From Calcarisporiella thermophila CBS 279.70 (Eukaryota; Fungi; Calcarisporiellomycota), in contig NW_027192210.1 of NCBI RefSeq assembly GCF_041956535.1, positions 141,138 through 188,351 on the forward strand: 47,214 nt of DNA, in the 5' to 3' direction. The first letter of the stretch is position 1. Each line of letters begins with the position of its first letter. Position numbers and translations under genes: made by a program. The notes under the pieces were generated by a model that saw only the letters and a list, made by a program, of their open reading frames with translations, was not told the origin of the DNA and ran no database searches. Below, piece by piece: positions 22,541-35,069 of the stretch.

Positions 22541-24328
22541 TTTACGAGTGGTCAAAGTTCTGGTAGATTAGGATCGTATATAAATAAAATTTTGATTTAA
22601 GGATAATACAAGAATAGATTTCTTTGGTAGCCTGTTTATAAGGAATAGTATTGCTCTATTTCTGGATAGCGTTTAAGATATGGGTTTATTTCTGAGCGAT
22701 TGATATGTTTAGTTATCAGCACATGTGCCTTAGATCGGATTTCACGGGGTGGCCTGGTTGTAAGTCATCTTCGTTTTGTTGGAATCTTGTAAAACTTTTG
22801 GCTGCTGGTGGCTACCTGTGGCAATATATGGCTGATTGCGGCAGCTTCAAATAAAAATTAATCGCTGTAGATATCTTGAATTTCCTCAAACGACAACAAA
22901 TCAACGCTGAGATCTTCGCAAAGCTTTCTACATTGAACGCATATTTGCTTTTCTCCACTTGTGATTGAAAAAAGCTTGTTTATGCCGGTATAATTAACCA
23001 TTCAAATTTGTAATTTCAAATTCGGGCGAAAGATTAAAATAAATCTGTATGAATTTTAATAAGGCATTGACAAGGTGCAAGTTCATAAAATATAGTGTAA
23101 AGTTATCAAGAAATTAACTTCATAGCGAAGAGCTCCTTGATCTACACCTATACTAGATACTGCAATGTTTAAGACGGCAAGATGAACTTTTGCGTTCGGC
23201 ATTAATTCCACACCTTCCATGATACGTTCATGCCATTTGCACGAGCATTGGAAACGAAAATTGTAACTGCCATAATAGCGCTTTATACTTTTATTAGATC
23301 AATAACTAATGTTCGTCAACAAGAGACCACGCTAATAATTCGTCCAATTCTACCATATATAATTTGGACATTTTATATTCCTTGAAATTCGGTACAATCT
23401 TCACTGCGTCATACTGTTGATTACACTCTCCTATATCTGGTTTTATTATGTTTAAATAAATTAGGATTCGCATAGAGCATTAGCTCGAGGATGTAAGAAA
23501 AAATTTATAGTTCTTTCTTTACCTAGGCTCATTATCAATGCAGATCCTCTTGGGGCAATTCCCACCAGTTTTATTCCAATCTCTAGAGATTATAATTTAG
23601 GGCTACATCTAGTCCTGGATTGGAGGATACACGAAGATTCTATTTATGACTCAAGGAATATTCAGCATATGTGAGATGATGAAAAACAGGTTTACATTGG
23701 ACAATATGTAGATTACGTTGGTCGCACTCTCGAAGCGCAATCAATAGAGTTTTCAGTTGTATTCCGTTAGTGAGCATTCATATCTGAGTCTATAACTCTT
23801 CGCAAACACATACTTTACATAATGGTCACACGAATATTTGGAAGAGAAAGATTGTGTATACCAGAGGTTTATACAAATTCATCCCTCCTACTCCTTCATT
23901 GGACCATTCGAGTTAGCCTTAAAGATTCAAGCGCTGAGATACGGCTTTCATCTGCAAAATGGAAAAACCGTGTACTCTTAAGTATATTTTGAAAATGAAA
24001 ACTTTTCAATACAATTAAGATTCTTAATTCTACAGGAATTAATAGGCATGCTGCGTCGTCAATTTCAGTTAGGTTTAAGAGATAATTTACAGAAATATAA
24101 CTTGTGTAATGCGGATACTAATTATTTTCCGAAGTCGCCTTATTAACTAGGAGTGAAAGACATATGAGAAGCTTAGTAAGAGCTGGGAGTATGGAATAGC
24201 TACTTATCAACACAAATGTATTCATAGGCAGCTCCTATGTCATCATAGTGCTTGTACATGGTGTGAGATCAAATGGCTCTCCTTAATGCAATAAAAACCG
24301 TGCTCTTATGACCAGCGGCAATCCCCTG

Positions 24329-24379
24329 GTGTCACAAATTGCCTATCTGGGGCTAATTCATATATTTGCATAAATCTCC
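24329..24379 (+). promoter_or_regulatory. Conserved proximal promoter block of GCPII copy 2 (paired with 29517-29567)
   Basis: A 51-bp block with 1 mismatch between copies inside otherwise diverged flanks. It contains a TATA-like CATATATTTGCATAAAT about 180 bp upstream of the ATG. Confidence 0.55.
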
Positions 24380-24553
24380 CGCTGACTCAGATCTGGTAAG
24401 ATTAAGAATACTCTTACATGTAGAAAACCTTTACTTGCTCACATCTTTTTTCTCACACGAGAAAAGAGTTATTTACTTGGCCGAGAAGAGCACTCCCCTT
24501 AACATTTCTCTCTTCTCCTTATCTCTCTCTCTGTTTTATTTCTCACAGTTACA

Positions 24554-27502
24554 ATGGGGAGAACAAACGTGCTGATTCCATTTCTATTAGCCGCTGGATT
24601 AATAGCGACGCCCTTTTTGTCGGGTGTGTCACTCGTTTCACCCGGATATATAAAGTGGAAACGTGCTCTCGATTTCAATCCCGAAGANNNNNNNNNNNNN
24701 NNNNNNNNNNNNNNNNNNNNNNNNNNNNNNNNNNNNNNNNNNNNNNNNNNNNNNNNNNNNNNNNNNNNNNNNNNNNNNNNNNNNNNNNNNNNNNNNNNNN
24801 NNNNNNNNNNNNNNNNNNNNNNNNNNNNNNNNNNNNNNNNNNNNNNNNNNNNNNNNNNNNNNNNNNNNNNNNNNNNNNNNNNNNNNNNNNNNNNNNNNNN
24901 NNNNNNNNNNNNNNNNNNNNNNNNNNNNNNNNNNNNNNNNNNNNNNNNNNNNNNNNNNNNNNNNNNNNNNNNNNNNNNNNNNNNNNNNNNNNNNNNNNNN
25001 NNNNNNNNNNNNNNNNNNNNNNNNNNNNNNNNNNNNNNNNNNNNNNNNNNNNNNNNNNNNNNNNNNNNNNNNNNNNNNNNNNNNNNNNNNNNNNNNNNNN
25101 NNNNNNNNNNNNNNNNNNNNNNNNNNNNNNNNNNNNNNNNNNNNNNNNNNNNNNNNNNNNNNNNNNNNNNNNNNNNNNNNNNNNNNNNNNNNNNNNNNNN
25201 NNNNNNNNNNNNNNNNNNNNNNNNNNNNNNNNNNNNNNNNNNNNNNNNNNNNNNNNNNNNNNNNNNNNNNNNNNNNNNNNNNNNNNNNNNNNNNNNNNNN
25301 NNNNNNNNNNNNNNNNNNAGGAAGGTAAGTTGAAGAAAGGAAGGAATGGAGGCTTTCTGGTGTAACGCATATTAATTAAATTCTTGAAAAATTCTTGCGT
25401 TAGTCCCCACCTTCCACTTCATGAGTGCCAATGGGGATGTCACTGCGGAAATAGTGTACACGAACTACGGTTCATGGGAGGATCATGAGTGGCTCAAATC
25501 ACAGGGTGTCAATGTTACCGGAAAGATATGTCTTGCCAAATATGGAGGTTTATTCCGTGGACTTATCGTAAGTAGAAAATAGAGCTTTGGGGTTTTGATG
25601 GAATATTAAACTTTTGTTGATATCTTCTGAAAAGGTGCGCCACTGCGAGTTGAATGGTGGAATCGGAGCCATCATCTACTCGGATCCCGCTGATGATGGG
25701 CCTGTAGAAAAGGAGAACGGCACTGCAAAGGCTTACCCTGATGGACCGTATCGAAACAAGGATTCTGTCCAACGAGGTTCGGTGGAATACCTCGTCTTTA
25801 CACTAGGAGATGTCACTACTCCCGGGATCCCCGCCACTCCTGACGCTGACCGAATTCCACTGGAGAATAACCCCTCTCTTCCCGGGATTCCATCATTGCC
25901 GATTTCATGGGCGCAGGCAGAGCCACTTTTAAAGGCACTCGTGGGTCATGGTATCAACACCGATAATGTGAAGGTGAATGATAACGATTGGAAAGGGGGG
26001 CTCAATATCAGCTATTGGACAGGACCTTCGACCGCAAAGGTGAATTTGGTCAATCGAGGAGAGTATAAAATAATGCAAATCTACGACGTGATAGCCCGCA
26101 TCGAGGGCACTCATGAGCCGGATAAGTAAGGAAATGCAAGAGATTCATTTGAACAGTATTCTATTAATTTTGCTCTAATCTGCGATAGGCTTGTGATTAT
26201 TGGAAATCACAGAGACGCTTGGGGGTGGGCATGCTCATTTAATTCCATATATCAGTATTGAATTCTCAATTCTCACTCTATTCTAATAGTTTCGGTGGAG
26301 CAGACCCACATTCAGGTTCTGTGCCATTACTTGAAGCAGCGCGTAGTTTCGGAGAGTTGCTGATAAAGGGATGGAAACCACGACGCTCAATTCTCCTTGC
26401 ATCATGGGATGCGGAAGAGTACGGAATCATGGGTAATGTAGAGACTCGCCATCCTTAGTGCTCTCTTTCAGGTGCACTAAACCCTTCCTTTTTTTTCCCG
26501 CTGATATCTAGGGTCTACGGAATGGGTCGAAGACCATAAAGAGATGCTCAATAATGCGGTTGCATATATCAATATGGACACTGCAGTAACTGGGAAGGAA
26601 TTCGACGCTTCAGCAGTGCCAACTCTACATGATCTGATCCGTCGCATAGCGAAAAAGGTTCCCGACCCGGCAACCGGAAAGACCGTATCCGAGGCATCCA
26701 ATTTCGAAAACTCCACAATTGGGGCCCTTGGAGCAGGCAGTGACTACGGCCCCTTTCTCGATTTTCTCGGGATACCTTGCGTGGATCTATCGTTTTCCGG
26801 TCCCTATGGAGTGTACCATTCAAACTATGATAGCTTCCACTGGATGGAAAAATTTGGAGGTAGGTATCGATTTGCCAGCTCTTTGTTGAGCAGACTATTG
26901 ACACAAATATACCAATGCACTTGACTCGTCTGAAATTATTAGACCCCAATTTCGAATACATGCCAACCTTGGGTAAAATCATTGGTCTTATGGCCGTCGA
27001 GCTTGCAGATGCTGAGATCCTCCCATTTAACGTAACCAATTATCCCCCCGCCCTATTACGCTATGTTACCAGATTGGAGAAGCTGATTACCAAATATGGA
27101 GGGAATCAGACACAGTCTGTTCTTGATCTTGCTCCTCTTCGTGATGCAATTTACCAATTTTCGAATGCAACAACCTCTCTTGCGAAGGATGTTGCGCAAT
27201 TGCAACAGGAGAGAGCCCAAATCCAGGGAGATCCTACTTCTGACTGGTATGAGCGTGCACAAGCTGTTAATTCGCGATTGATGAAAGTCGAGCGCGCTTT
27301 CATAGACCCCGAAGGTTTACCGAAACGTCCGCTCTTCAAACACCAGATCTATGCGCCAGGCATTCGCTACGGCTATGGTGTGCAATACTACCCAGCTATC
27401 GCCGATGCAGTAGAAGAGAAAGATTGGGAGCAGGCTACCAAAGCGCGAGACCGTATTGTAAAGCTTTTACAGGAAGCTGCCGTGACACTCGGGGCTGTAT
27501 AA
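24554..27502 (+). CDS. Glutamate carboxypeptidase II-like M28B peptidase, copy 2 (contains assembly gap)
   Basis: Same motifs as copy 1 (GNHRDAW, DPHSG, DAEEYG, YHSNYDS) plus a signal peptide. N-run at ~24688-25318. Confidence 0.92.
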
Positions 27503-29749
27503 TACGGTCAAACACATATTTAATTGGTATCTGTGTTATTTATCTCTATATTTATCGGGATTGAATCTGATGTTCAATTCCCACTTGATTATTTATCCCT
27601 CTAGGTTGTACTATATGAGTTATATATAGTAGAAAACAAATATATGTTTTCTTATTGAATAAGCTTGATAAGACCCATTACAATATCAACTTGAACAATG
27701 GTAGCCTTTGTTAACCATCTCTTTTCCTGTCAAGTGTTTTAGAGAATAATTAAGGATCAGTTTATGAACTTCTCTCATTGATGCGGAGAAGATAACAATA
27801 CTCGGCTTTTGCCAAAATGAGTGGAGTGGGTTGGGGTTTATTAAGAGAGTGGTGTGAATGATATGTAGCAATATAGATAGAGATAGTTATGAACCCGCAG
27901 AATTGCAACTGACTTTATAAGTGAAGCAGGGATAGCCCTTACCACAGTAAAATATAATCAAATCCAAGTTGTAACGGCAGGCTTTGATTGTTCAGATCGG
28001 GATGACTAGTAATCGCCATGTTTGTGTATGAATTCTCTGGTTTACATGGCTTTAATGGAAGATTGGTGAAACTAAAGTAGAAGAGGTCAACCGAGGAGAA
28101 TCCATGCAGTTTCTAAAGCCAAGGGAGGATATAAAAAGTATTGTAATTTTCTTGAGAATAATGGTAATAAAGAAGTTGGCCCAATAATTGCAAATGGTCA
28201 TTCACAAGGAGTTGATTTAATGATCCTAGAATTTTGAAAAGATATAACCAGGGTAGTGAGTGAATTCATGAGAATATTTACATTTTAATTATAATTGAAG
28301 CGATTGTTTTGTTTCCTCACCCACTTTGGAGATATTTGCAATAAGGATTGAACCTGGTGCTTATTTCCACTTGATTATATATCCCTAAGGTATACTCTCT
28401 AAATTATACATAATAGCCAACAAATTCATAATTTTCGAATTGATTACAACTAAGACATAAGGTGCAAGATTACAATGTCAATTGAATAGAATCTTGAAAG
28501 TAGCCATATTCCACGGCCTAGCCTTTTAAACTTGCACTAGAGGAGTAGTCGTTTGTTGAAACGTGATTGCTCTAGAAATTCTTATAATTTTACCATTTTC
28601 ATTATTTTATTCTGTTGATTACACCCTTATGTATCCGCTTTAGTTATGTTTGGATAAGGCAAGTTTTATTTGTAACACTAGTTCGAGAATATAAGAAAAT
28701 AATTATAGTTCTTTCGTTACCTAGGCTCTTTTATCACTGCAGAACTTCTTAAGAGATACTCACACAGGTTTTACTCCAATTTCTAGGATTATCAATTATG
28801 GCTACATTCAGTCCTGTATTGGAGAGTTCACGAAGATCCCATTGATGTCTCAAGAAGGAATATTCAGGTTGTGTAAGAAGATGTAAAATAGGTTTACAAT
28901 GGATACTATATAGATGACATGCTCGGACTTGCGAGTCGCAATCATTAGAGATTTCACCTATATTCCGTTAGTGACCATTCCTATCTAGGCGTACAACGCT
29001 TGACAAATAAATGCTTCATGTAACGGTCACATGAATATTTGGGAGCGATAGGTAATATATGCCAGAGATTTATATAAACTCACCTTTCCTGCCCCATCAT
29101 TGAATCGTTCGTGGTAGACTTAAAGATTCAAGTGATGATATACGGTCTTCATCTGTAAATGGGAAAAGCCGTGTACCCTTAAGTATATTTTGAAAAAAAA
29201 AACTTATCGATACAATTAAGATTCTCCTACAAATATTATAAGGTATACTGCGTCATCTCAATTCAGTCAACTTTCAGATAGTATTTACATAAAAATAACT
29301 GTCAAGCTTGTATTAATTATTTTCCGAGATCGTTTCCCATACTAGGATTGGAACATATGTGAGAAAGCTAGCAAGAAAAATGAGTACAGAATTGTCGTTT
29401 GTACGTGTAGATGTGTTCATCTGTAGCTTTTTTGCTGCCATAGTGCTTGTATATTTGCGATTGAATAATCCCCCTTTATGCGTTTTAAACCTCCTATGAC
29501 TGGTGGCAATATCTTTGTGTCACAAATTGCCTATCTGGGACTAATTCATATATTTGCATAAATCTCCTGCATACTCAAATCCGGGAAATTAAGCTAACTC
29601 ATTCAAGAAGAAAGCTTTTGCTTGCTCGTATCTTTCATTTCTACTCGCACAAGAAAAGAAAAATCATCAATTGGCCGAACAGAGCAGTTTTCCCCTACCA
29701 GTTTTCACTTCTCCTCTTCTCTCTCTCTGTCTTATATATCACAATTACG

Positions 29750-32465
29750 ATGGCAAGAACAAACGTGCTGATTCCATTTCTATTAGCCGCTGGATTGCTA
29801 GCAGCCCTTCCTATTTCGGCTGTGTCTCTTGATTCACCCAAGTTTACAAAGCGAAAATATGACCCCCATTTCAATCCTGAAGGNNNNNNNNNNNNNNNNN
29901 NNNNNNNNNNNNNNNNNNNNNNNNNNNNNNNNNNNNNNNNNNNNNNNNNNNNNNNNNNNNNNNNNNNNNNNNNNNNNNNNNNNNNNNNNNNNNNNNNNNN
30001 NNNNNNNNNNNNNNNNNNNNNNNNNNNNNNNNNNNNNNNNNNNNNNNNNNNNNNNNNNNNNNNNNNNNNNNNNNNNNNNNNNNNNNNNNNNNNNNNNNNN
30101 NNNNNNNNNNNNNNNNNNNNNNNNNNNNNNNNNNNNNNNNNNNNNNNNNNNNNNNNNNNNNNNNNNNNNNNNNNNNNNNNNNNNNNNNNNNNNNNNNNNN
30201 NNNNNNNNNNNNNNNNNNNNNNNNNNNNNNNNNNNNNNNNNNNNNNNNNNNNNNNNNNAAGCAGGTGAGCTAAAGAAACGAAAGAATAGAGACATTCTGG
30301 TGGAAAGTTCATTCTTTATATTCTTTTCCTTGGAACATCTTTTCTTAGTCCCCACCTTTCATGGCATGAGTGCCAATGGGGATGTCACTGCGGAAATAGT
30401 GTACACGAACTACGGTTCATGGGAGGATCATGAGTGGCTCAAATCACAGGGTGTCAATGTTACCGGAAAGATATGTCTTGCCAAATATGGAGGCATACTC
30501 CGTGGACTTATCGTAAGTAGAAATTATATCTTGAGGGTTTGATGGAGTGTTGATCTTTGCTGTTGATGTTTTAATATAAAAGGTGCGCCACTGCGAGTTG
30601 AATGGTGGAATCGGAACCATCATCTACTCGGATCCCGCTGATGATGGGCCTGTAGGAAAGGAGAACGGCACTGCAAAGGCTTACCCTGATGGGCCCTATC
30701 GAAACAAGGATTCTGTCCAACGAGGTACGGTGGCAAACTTCGCACTCGCACAAGGAGATGCAACTACTCCCGGGATCCCCGCCACTCCTGACGCTGACCG
30801 AATTCCACTGGAGAATAACCCCTCTCTTCCCGGGATTCCATCATTGCCGATTTCATGGGCGCAGGCAGAGCCACTTTTAAAGGCACTCGTGGGTCATGGT
30901 ATCAACACCGATAATGTGAAGGTGAATGATAACGATTGGAAAGGGGGGCTCAATATCAGCTATTGGACAGGACCTTCGACCGCAAAGGTGAATTTGGTCA
31001 ATCGAGGAGAGTATAAAATAATGCAAATCTACGACGTGATAGCCCGCATCGAGGGCACTCATGAGCCAGACAAGTAAGGAAATGCAAGAGATTCATTTGA
31101 ACAGGAATTCATTCAACTTTTCTCTAACCTGTAACAGGCTTGTGATTATTGGGACTCACCGAGACACTTGGGGGTGGGCATGCTCATTTAATCTTAAGCT
31201 ATTAGCATTATGTTCTCATTTCAGATTCTCTTTGATAGATTTGGTGGAGTGGATCCACATTCAGGTTCAGCGACATTACTTGAAGCAGCGCGTAGTTTCG
31301 GAGAGTTGCTGAAAAAGGGATGGAAACCACGACGCTCAATTCTCCTTGCATCATGGGATGCGGAAGAGTACGGAATCGTTGGTAATGAATAGACCTGCCT
31401 TCTTTTATACTTCCTTTCTCTTTCAGATGCACTAAACTCCTTATTTTTGTTTCTTTGATGTCTAGGATCTACGGAATGGGTCGAAGGCCATAAGGAGATG
31501 CTCAATAATGCGGTTGCCTATCTCAATATGGACCCTGCGGTATTCGGGAAGAAATTCCGCGCTTCAGGAGTGCCAACCCTGCATGATCTAATCCGTCGCA
31601 TAGCGAAAAAGGTTCCCGACCCGGCAACCGGAAAGACCGTATCCGAGGCGTCAGATTTCGAAAACTCCACAATTGGAGACCTAGGATCAGGCAGTGACTA
31701 CGGTCCCTTCCTTGATTTTCTCGGGATACCTTGTGTGGATCTAAAGTTTGCCGGCCCCTATGGAGTGTACCATTCGAATTATGATAGCTTCCACTGGATG
31801 GAAAAATTTGGAGGTAAGTATCGATTTACGCATATGCGGCCTCTCTTTTTAGCAGATTATTGACACAAACGCACCTATGTGCCTGACTCTCCCGATTTGA
31901 ACTAGATCCCAATTTCGAATACATGCCCACCATGGCTAAAATCATTGGACTTATGGCCGTCGAGCTCGCAGATGCCGAGATCCTCCCATTTAATGTGGCC
32001 AATTATCCCCCCGCCCTATTACGCTATGTTACTAATCTAGAGAAGCTGATTGCCAAATATGGAGGGAATCAGACACAGCCTGTTCTTGACCTTACCCCTC
32101 TTCGCGATGCAATTTACCAATTTTCAAACGCAGTCACTGCGCTTGCAAAGGATGTCGCACAGTTGCAACAAGAGAGTGCTCAATCCAAGGGAGGCAAGTC
32201 CTTTGACTGGGATAAGCGTACTCAATCTGTTAATTCGCGATTGATGAAGATCGAGCGCGCTTTCATAGACCCCGAAGGCTTACCGAAACGCCCGCTCTTC
32301 AAACATCAGATCTATGCGCCGGGCATTCGCTACGGTTATGGTGTGCAGTACTATCCAGCTATCGCCGACGCAGTAGAAGAGAAGGATTGGAAGCAGGCCG
32401 CAAAAGCGAGAGACCGTATTGTGAAGCTTTTGAAGAACGCTTGCGTGAAAATTGCGACTGTGTAA
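29750..32465 (+). CDS. Glutamate carboxypeptidase II-like M28B peptidase, copy 3 (contains assembly gap)
   Basis: Same motifs and exon structure as copy 2 (GTHRDTW, DPHSG, DAEEYG, YHSNYDS). N-run at ~29884-30258. Confidence 0.92.
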
Positions 32466-33375
32466 TACGGTCAAACTCTTATTCAATTAATAATTGTGTA
32501 ATATATCTTCATATCCTTCGGAATTGAATATGATATTCAATCCTCACTTTATTATCCCCTACGTTGTACTATATGATTTATATATAATAAAATAATAATA
32601 ATAAATAACAAATACATAGTTTTCTTATTATGTACACCTAGGATATAAGGTTAACCATGAAAATAACACCCCAAAAGAGCTTTCACACTAATTTTATTTA
32701 ATACCAAGCGTACTACTCCATATGCATGCACAAAAGCATACATAAATGGAATGTATATACCGTCCCTAACTGTTCTCATTGATATCGAGTAGGTGGCAAT
32801 GTTCGGCTTTAGCCAAACCGAGTGGAGCTGGGTGGAGCCAATGGAGAGAGTTTATGTGATGCACTTTAGGGTGTAATAATTTGGATGAAGATAGATATGG
32901 GTGCGCAGAATAGGATTGCCCTCATGTGTGGAGCTGGAATAATCGTTTTGCTGCGTTCTAACAAATCCAAATTGTGGCGGCAGGCTTTGATTGGTCCGAT
33001 CGAGGTGGCTGGTGATTGCCTCTTTTAAATGGATGAATTCCCTGGTTTAATAATTTTAATGTAAGATCGATGTATTTAAGACAGAAAAAGCCAACCGAGA
33101 ATTAATAGTTTGTTTTTTTTATATGTCCCAAAAAGAATACGAAACATACTACTATCACGCCAATAGGGTTAATACAAGCAAGGAAACGTCATCTGAAGAG
33201 AAAAACCACTGCGTCTTTATATATATACAAAACACCTTCCCCAAAAACCATAATATAAAAAAGAGTTAAACGGAAAGACAAAGTTTTCGAAAAAACAACA
33301 CAATTACAAAAAATATTTCCGTATAAAATTCCTAACAAAGAGGAAAGAATTAAGGGAAAAAAAAATAGGTACATA

Positions 33376-35069
33376 CTATCGCTTTTTTCGCTTTGACCCT
33401 CGTGTCATCACGGCGGTTTCCTCGTTCCATCGCTTTTTTCGGGTTTCACCTTTCCATCTCCCCATCATTTTCTCTATCCGCCGGTAATCGGCCCGGATCA
33501 ACATGAGATGATCCCATGCGGCACGATAGAGTTCTTCTCTTTTGGTTTTGGGCATTGCAAACAGTTCTTCTTCGCTCGGGAAAGCGAAATCTTGCACCTC
33601 CGCCTCTGCATCAAGGGCGGCAAACTCCTCGAGGATTTTGTTGGATTTCGAACCCGAAGAGACCTCGTAGTCGCGATCGTCCGGAGTCTCCATTGAAGTC
33701 GGGGTAGGGGTGGGCCCCTCGGCATTGATGGCTGCAGAGCTTTCTTTCTCGTTAGTAGATGGCTGTCGTCCCTTCATGGCATCGCCCACACTGACCGCCA
33801 ACTTGTTGGAACCACCACGACTCCGACTGCTACGACGGCTGCCCCACTCTTCCTTGTCCTTATCGAGGACAGAGGAGGGCTCCTTCACCTCTGACGTGGT
33901 CTCCTCTTCCCCAGTTTCAAAATCCTCGCCATAATCTCCTGGTCTCGAGGCACGGCGATTCGAGCTATTTGCTCCCTCGCTTCGGCGTCGCTTCGACACG
34001 CTACCCACGGACTCTTCGCTCGGAATTGGGGAGGGTGACAACCGCAGATCCTTCGAGGTGAGCGATGTGGCTGTTTTATCATTTAGATCGGGCACCGACC
34101 CGGAACTTTGACGGTTCGAGCGCCGTCGCTTTGACCCGCGCCTCTCTGAGCGAGCTGCCGAAGGATGGGGAAACTCGTCGCTGACATTTTGTTCTAGTGT
34201 ATTGGAGGTCCCCGACGGCTTCTCGGTCAAACTCGACTCGCTTGAGCTGCTCATCTTGCGGGCTTGCACGACCGCCTCGACTCGCCCACGAAATTGGGTC
34301 AGCTCCACAAACTCGGCCTCGTCGCCGTTTGCCTGCGACTGTTTCGCAGCTCGGCTTCGAGTCGTCCGCCTCCGCACCGGAAACTCATTGAATAGATCTT
34401 CTCCCATCGTGTAGTCCTCGTCGATTGGACTGGCTGGGCTTCCATTACTATTGTCATCCGTGGATGCTGTGGAGGTTCCCCACAACGGCCACGCAAACGA
34501 TTTGGAGGGTTTGCCCGTCTTCAGGTATTCTATTGCCTTGCGCACACCACGGCTCTTGGCAAAGGCAGAGGAGCGGGTGGCAAAGCTGCGGTATGGTTCG
34601 GAATCGGGCAGGAAAGGACGAAGGTCTTTAAACTGGACGACAGAGCTACAAAACCCGAGAAAGCAGGTCAAAAAAAAGGGGAGGCGAAACTGGAGAAGCC
34701 GCCAATCACTTACTATTTGTCATCCTCAAAATATTTGACGAGACACTCGCCTGACTTGAGCTCGAGGACTCCCATGCTCTGGTCAATTTCGTCTTCGGGA
34801 ACAATCTATGGAACAAAGGAGAGCGGGGGTTAGCCAAGATTGCCAGTAAACTAGAAAAGGGGGGAAGGTGCACGTACTATAGCAGGCCACCAGTATTTCT
34901 CGTGTTCGTCCAGCGGGTCCACTACTCTCAAACAAGAAATTAGTACAAAGCGTTATCACTCCGAATGCCATTCACGGCATCGAGATAAATTCTCACCAAA
35001 GACGACGTCACGCTCCTTAAAATGATGCTCGTGCCGCTTGGCAGCAGCAGCTCCAGTGGCCGACCGCAT
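33376..35069 (-). CDS. PWWP-domain chromatin protein with long disordered C-terminus
   Basis: Spliced N-terminus reads FKERDVVFVVDPLDEHEKYWWPAIIVP...CLVKYFEDDKYSVV. Basic NLS-like clusters (KRRRS, RKKR*). Confidence 0.85.

Larger units (their letters stand above)
23400..33100 (+). repeat. Tandem ~5-kb segmental duplication (unit A ~23400-28100; unit B ~28600-33100)
   Basis: Colinear non-coding matches upstream (e.g. tatagttctttc.ttacctaggctc, taaagattcaag, ttaagtatattttgaaaa) and downstream (gcaggctttgattg, caaccgag) of both genes. Boundaries are approximate. Confidence 0.85.

Noticed and set aside
22560-23400. Adjacent amyloid-effector (HeLo/HELL) gene next to the NLR
   Set aside because: Only short fragments without a recognisable domain or matching motif are present; it cannot be supported.
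24655-30542. Long ORFs of X residues
   Set aside because: They merely span N gaps.
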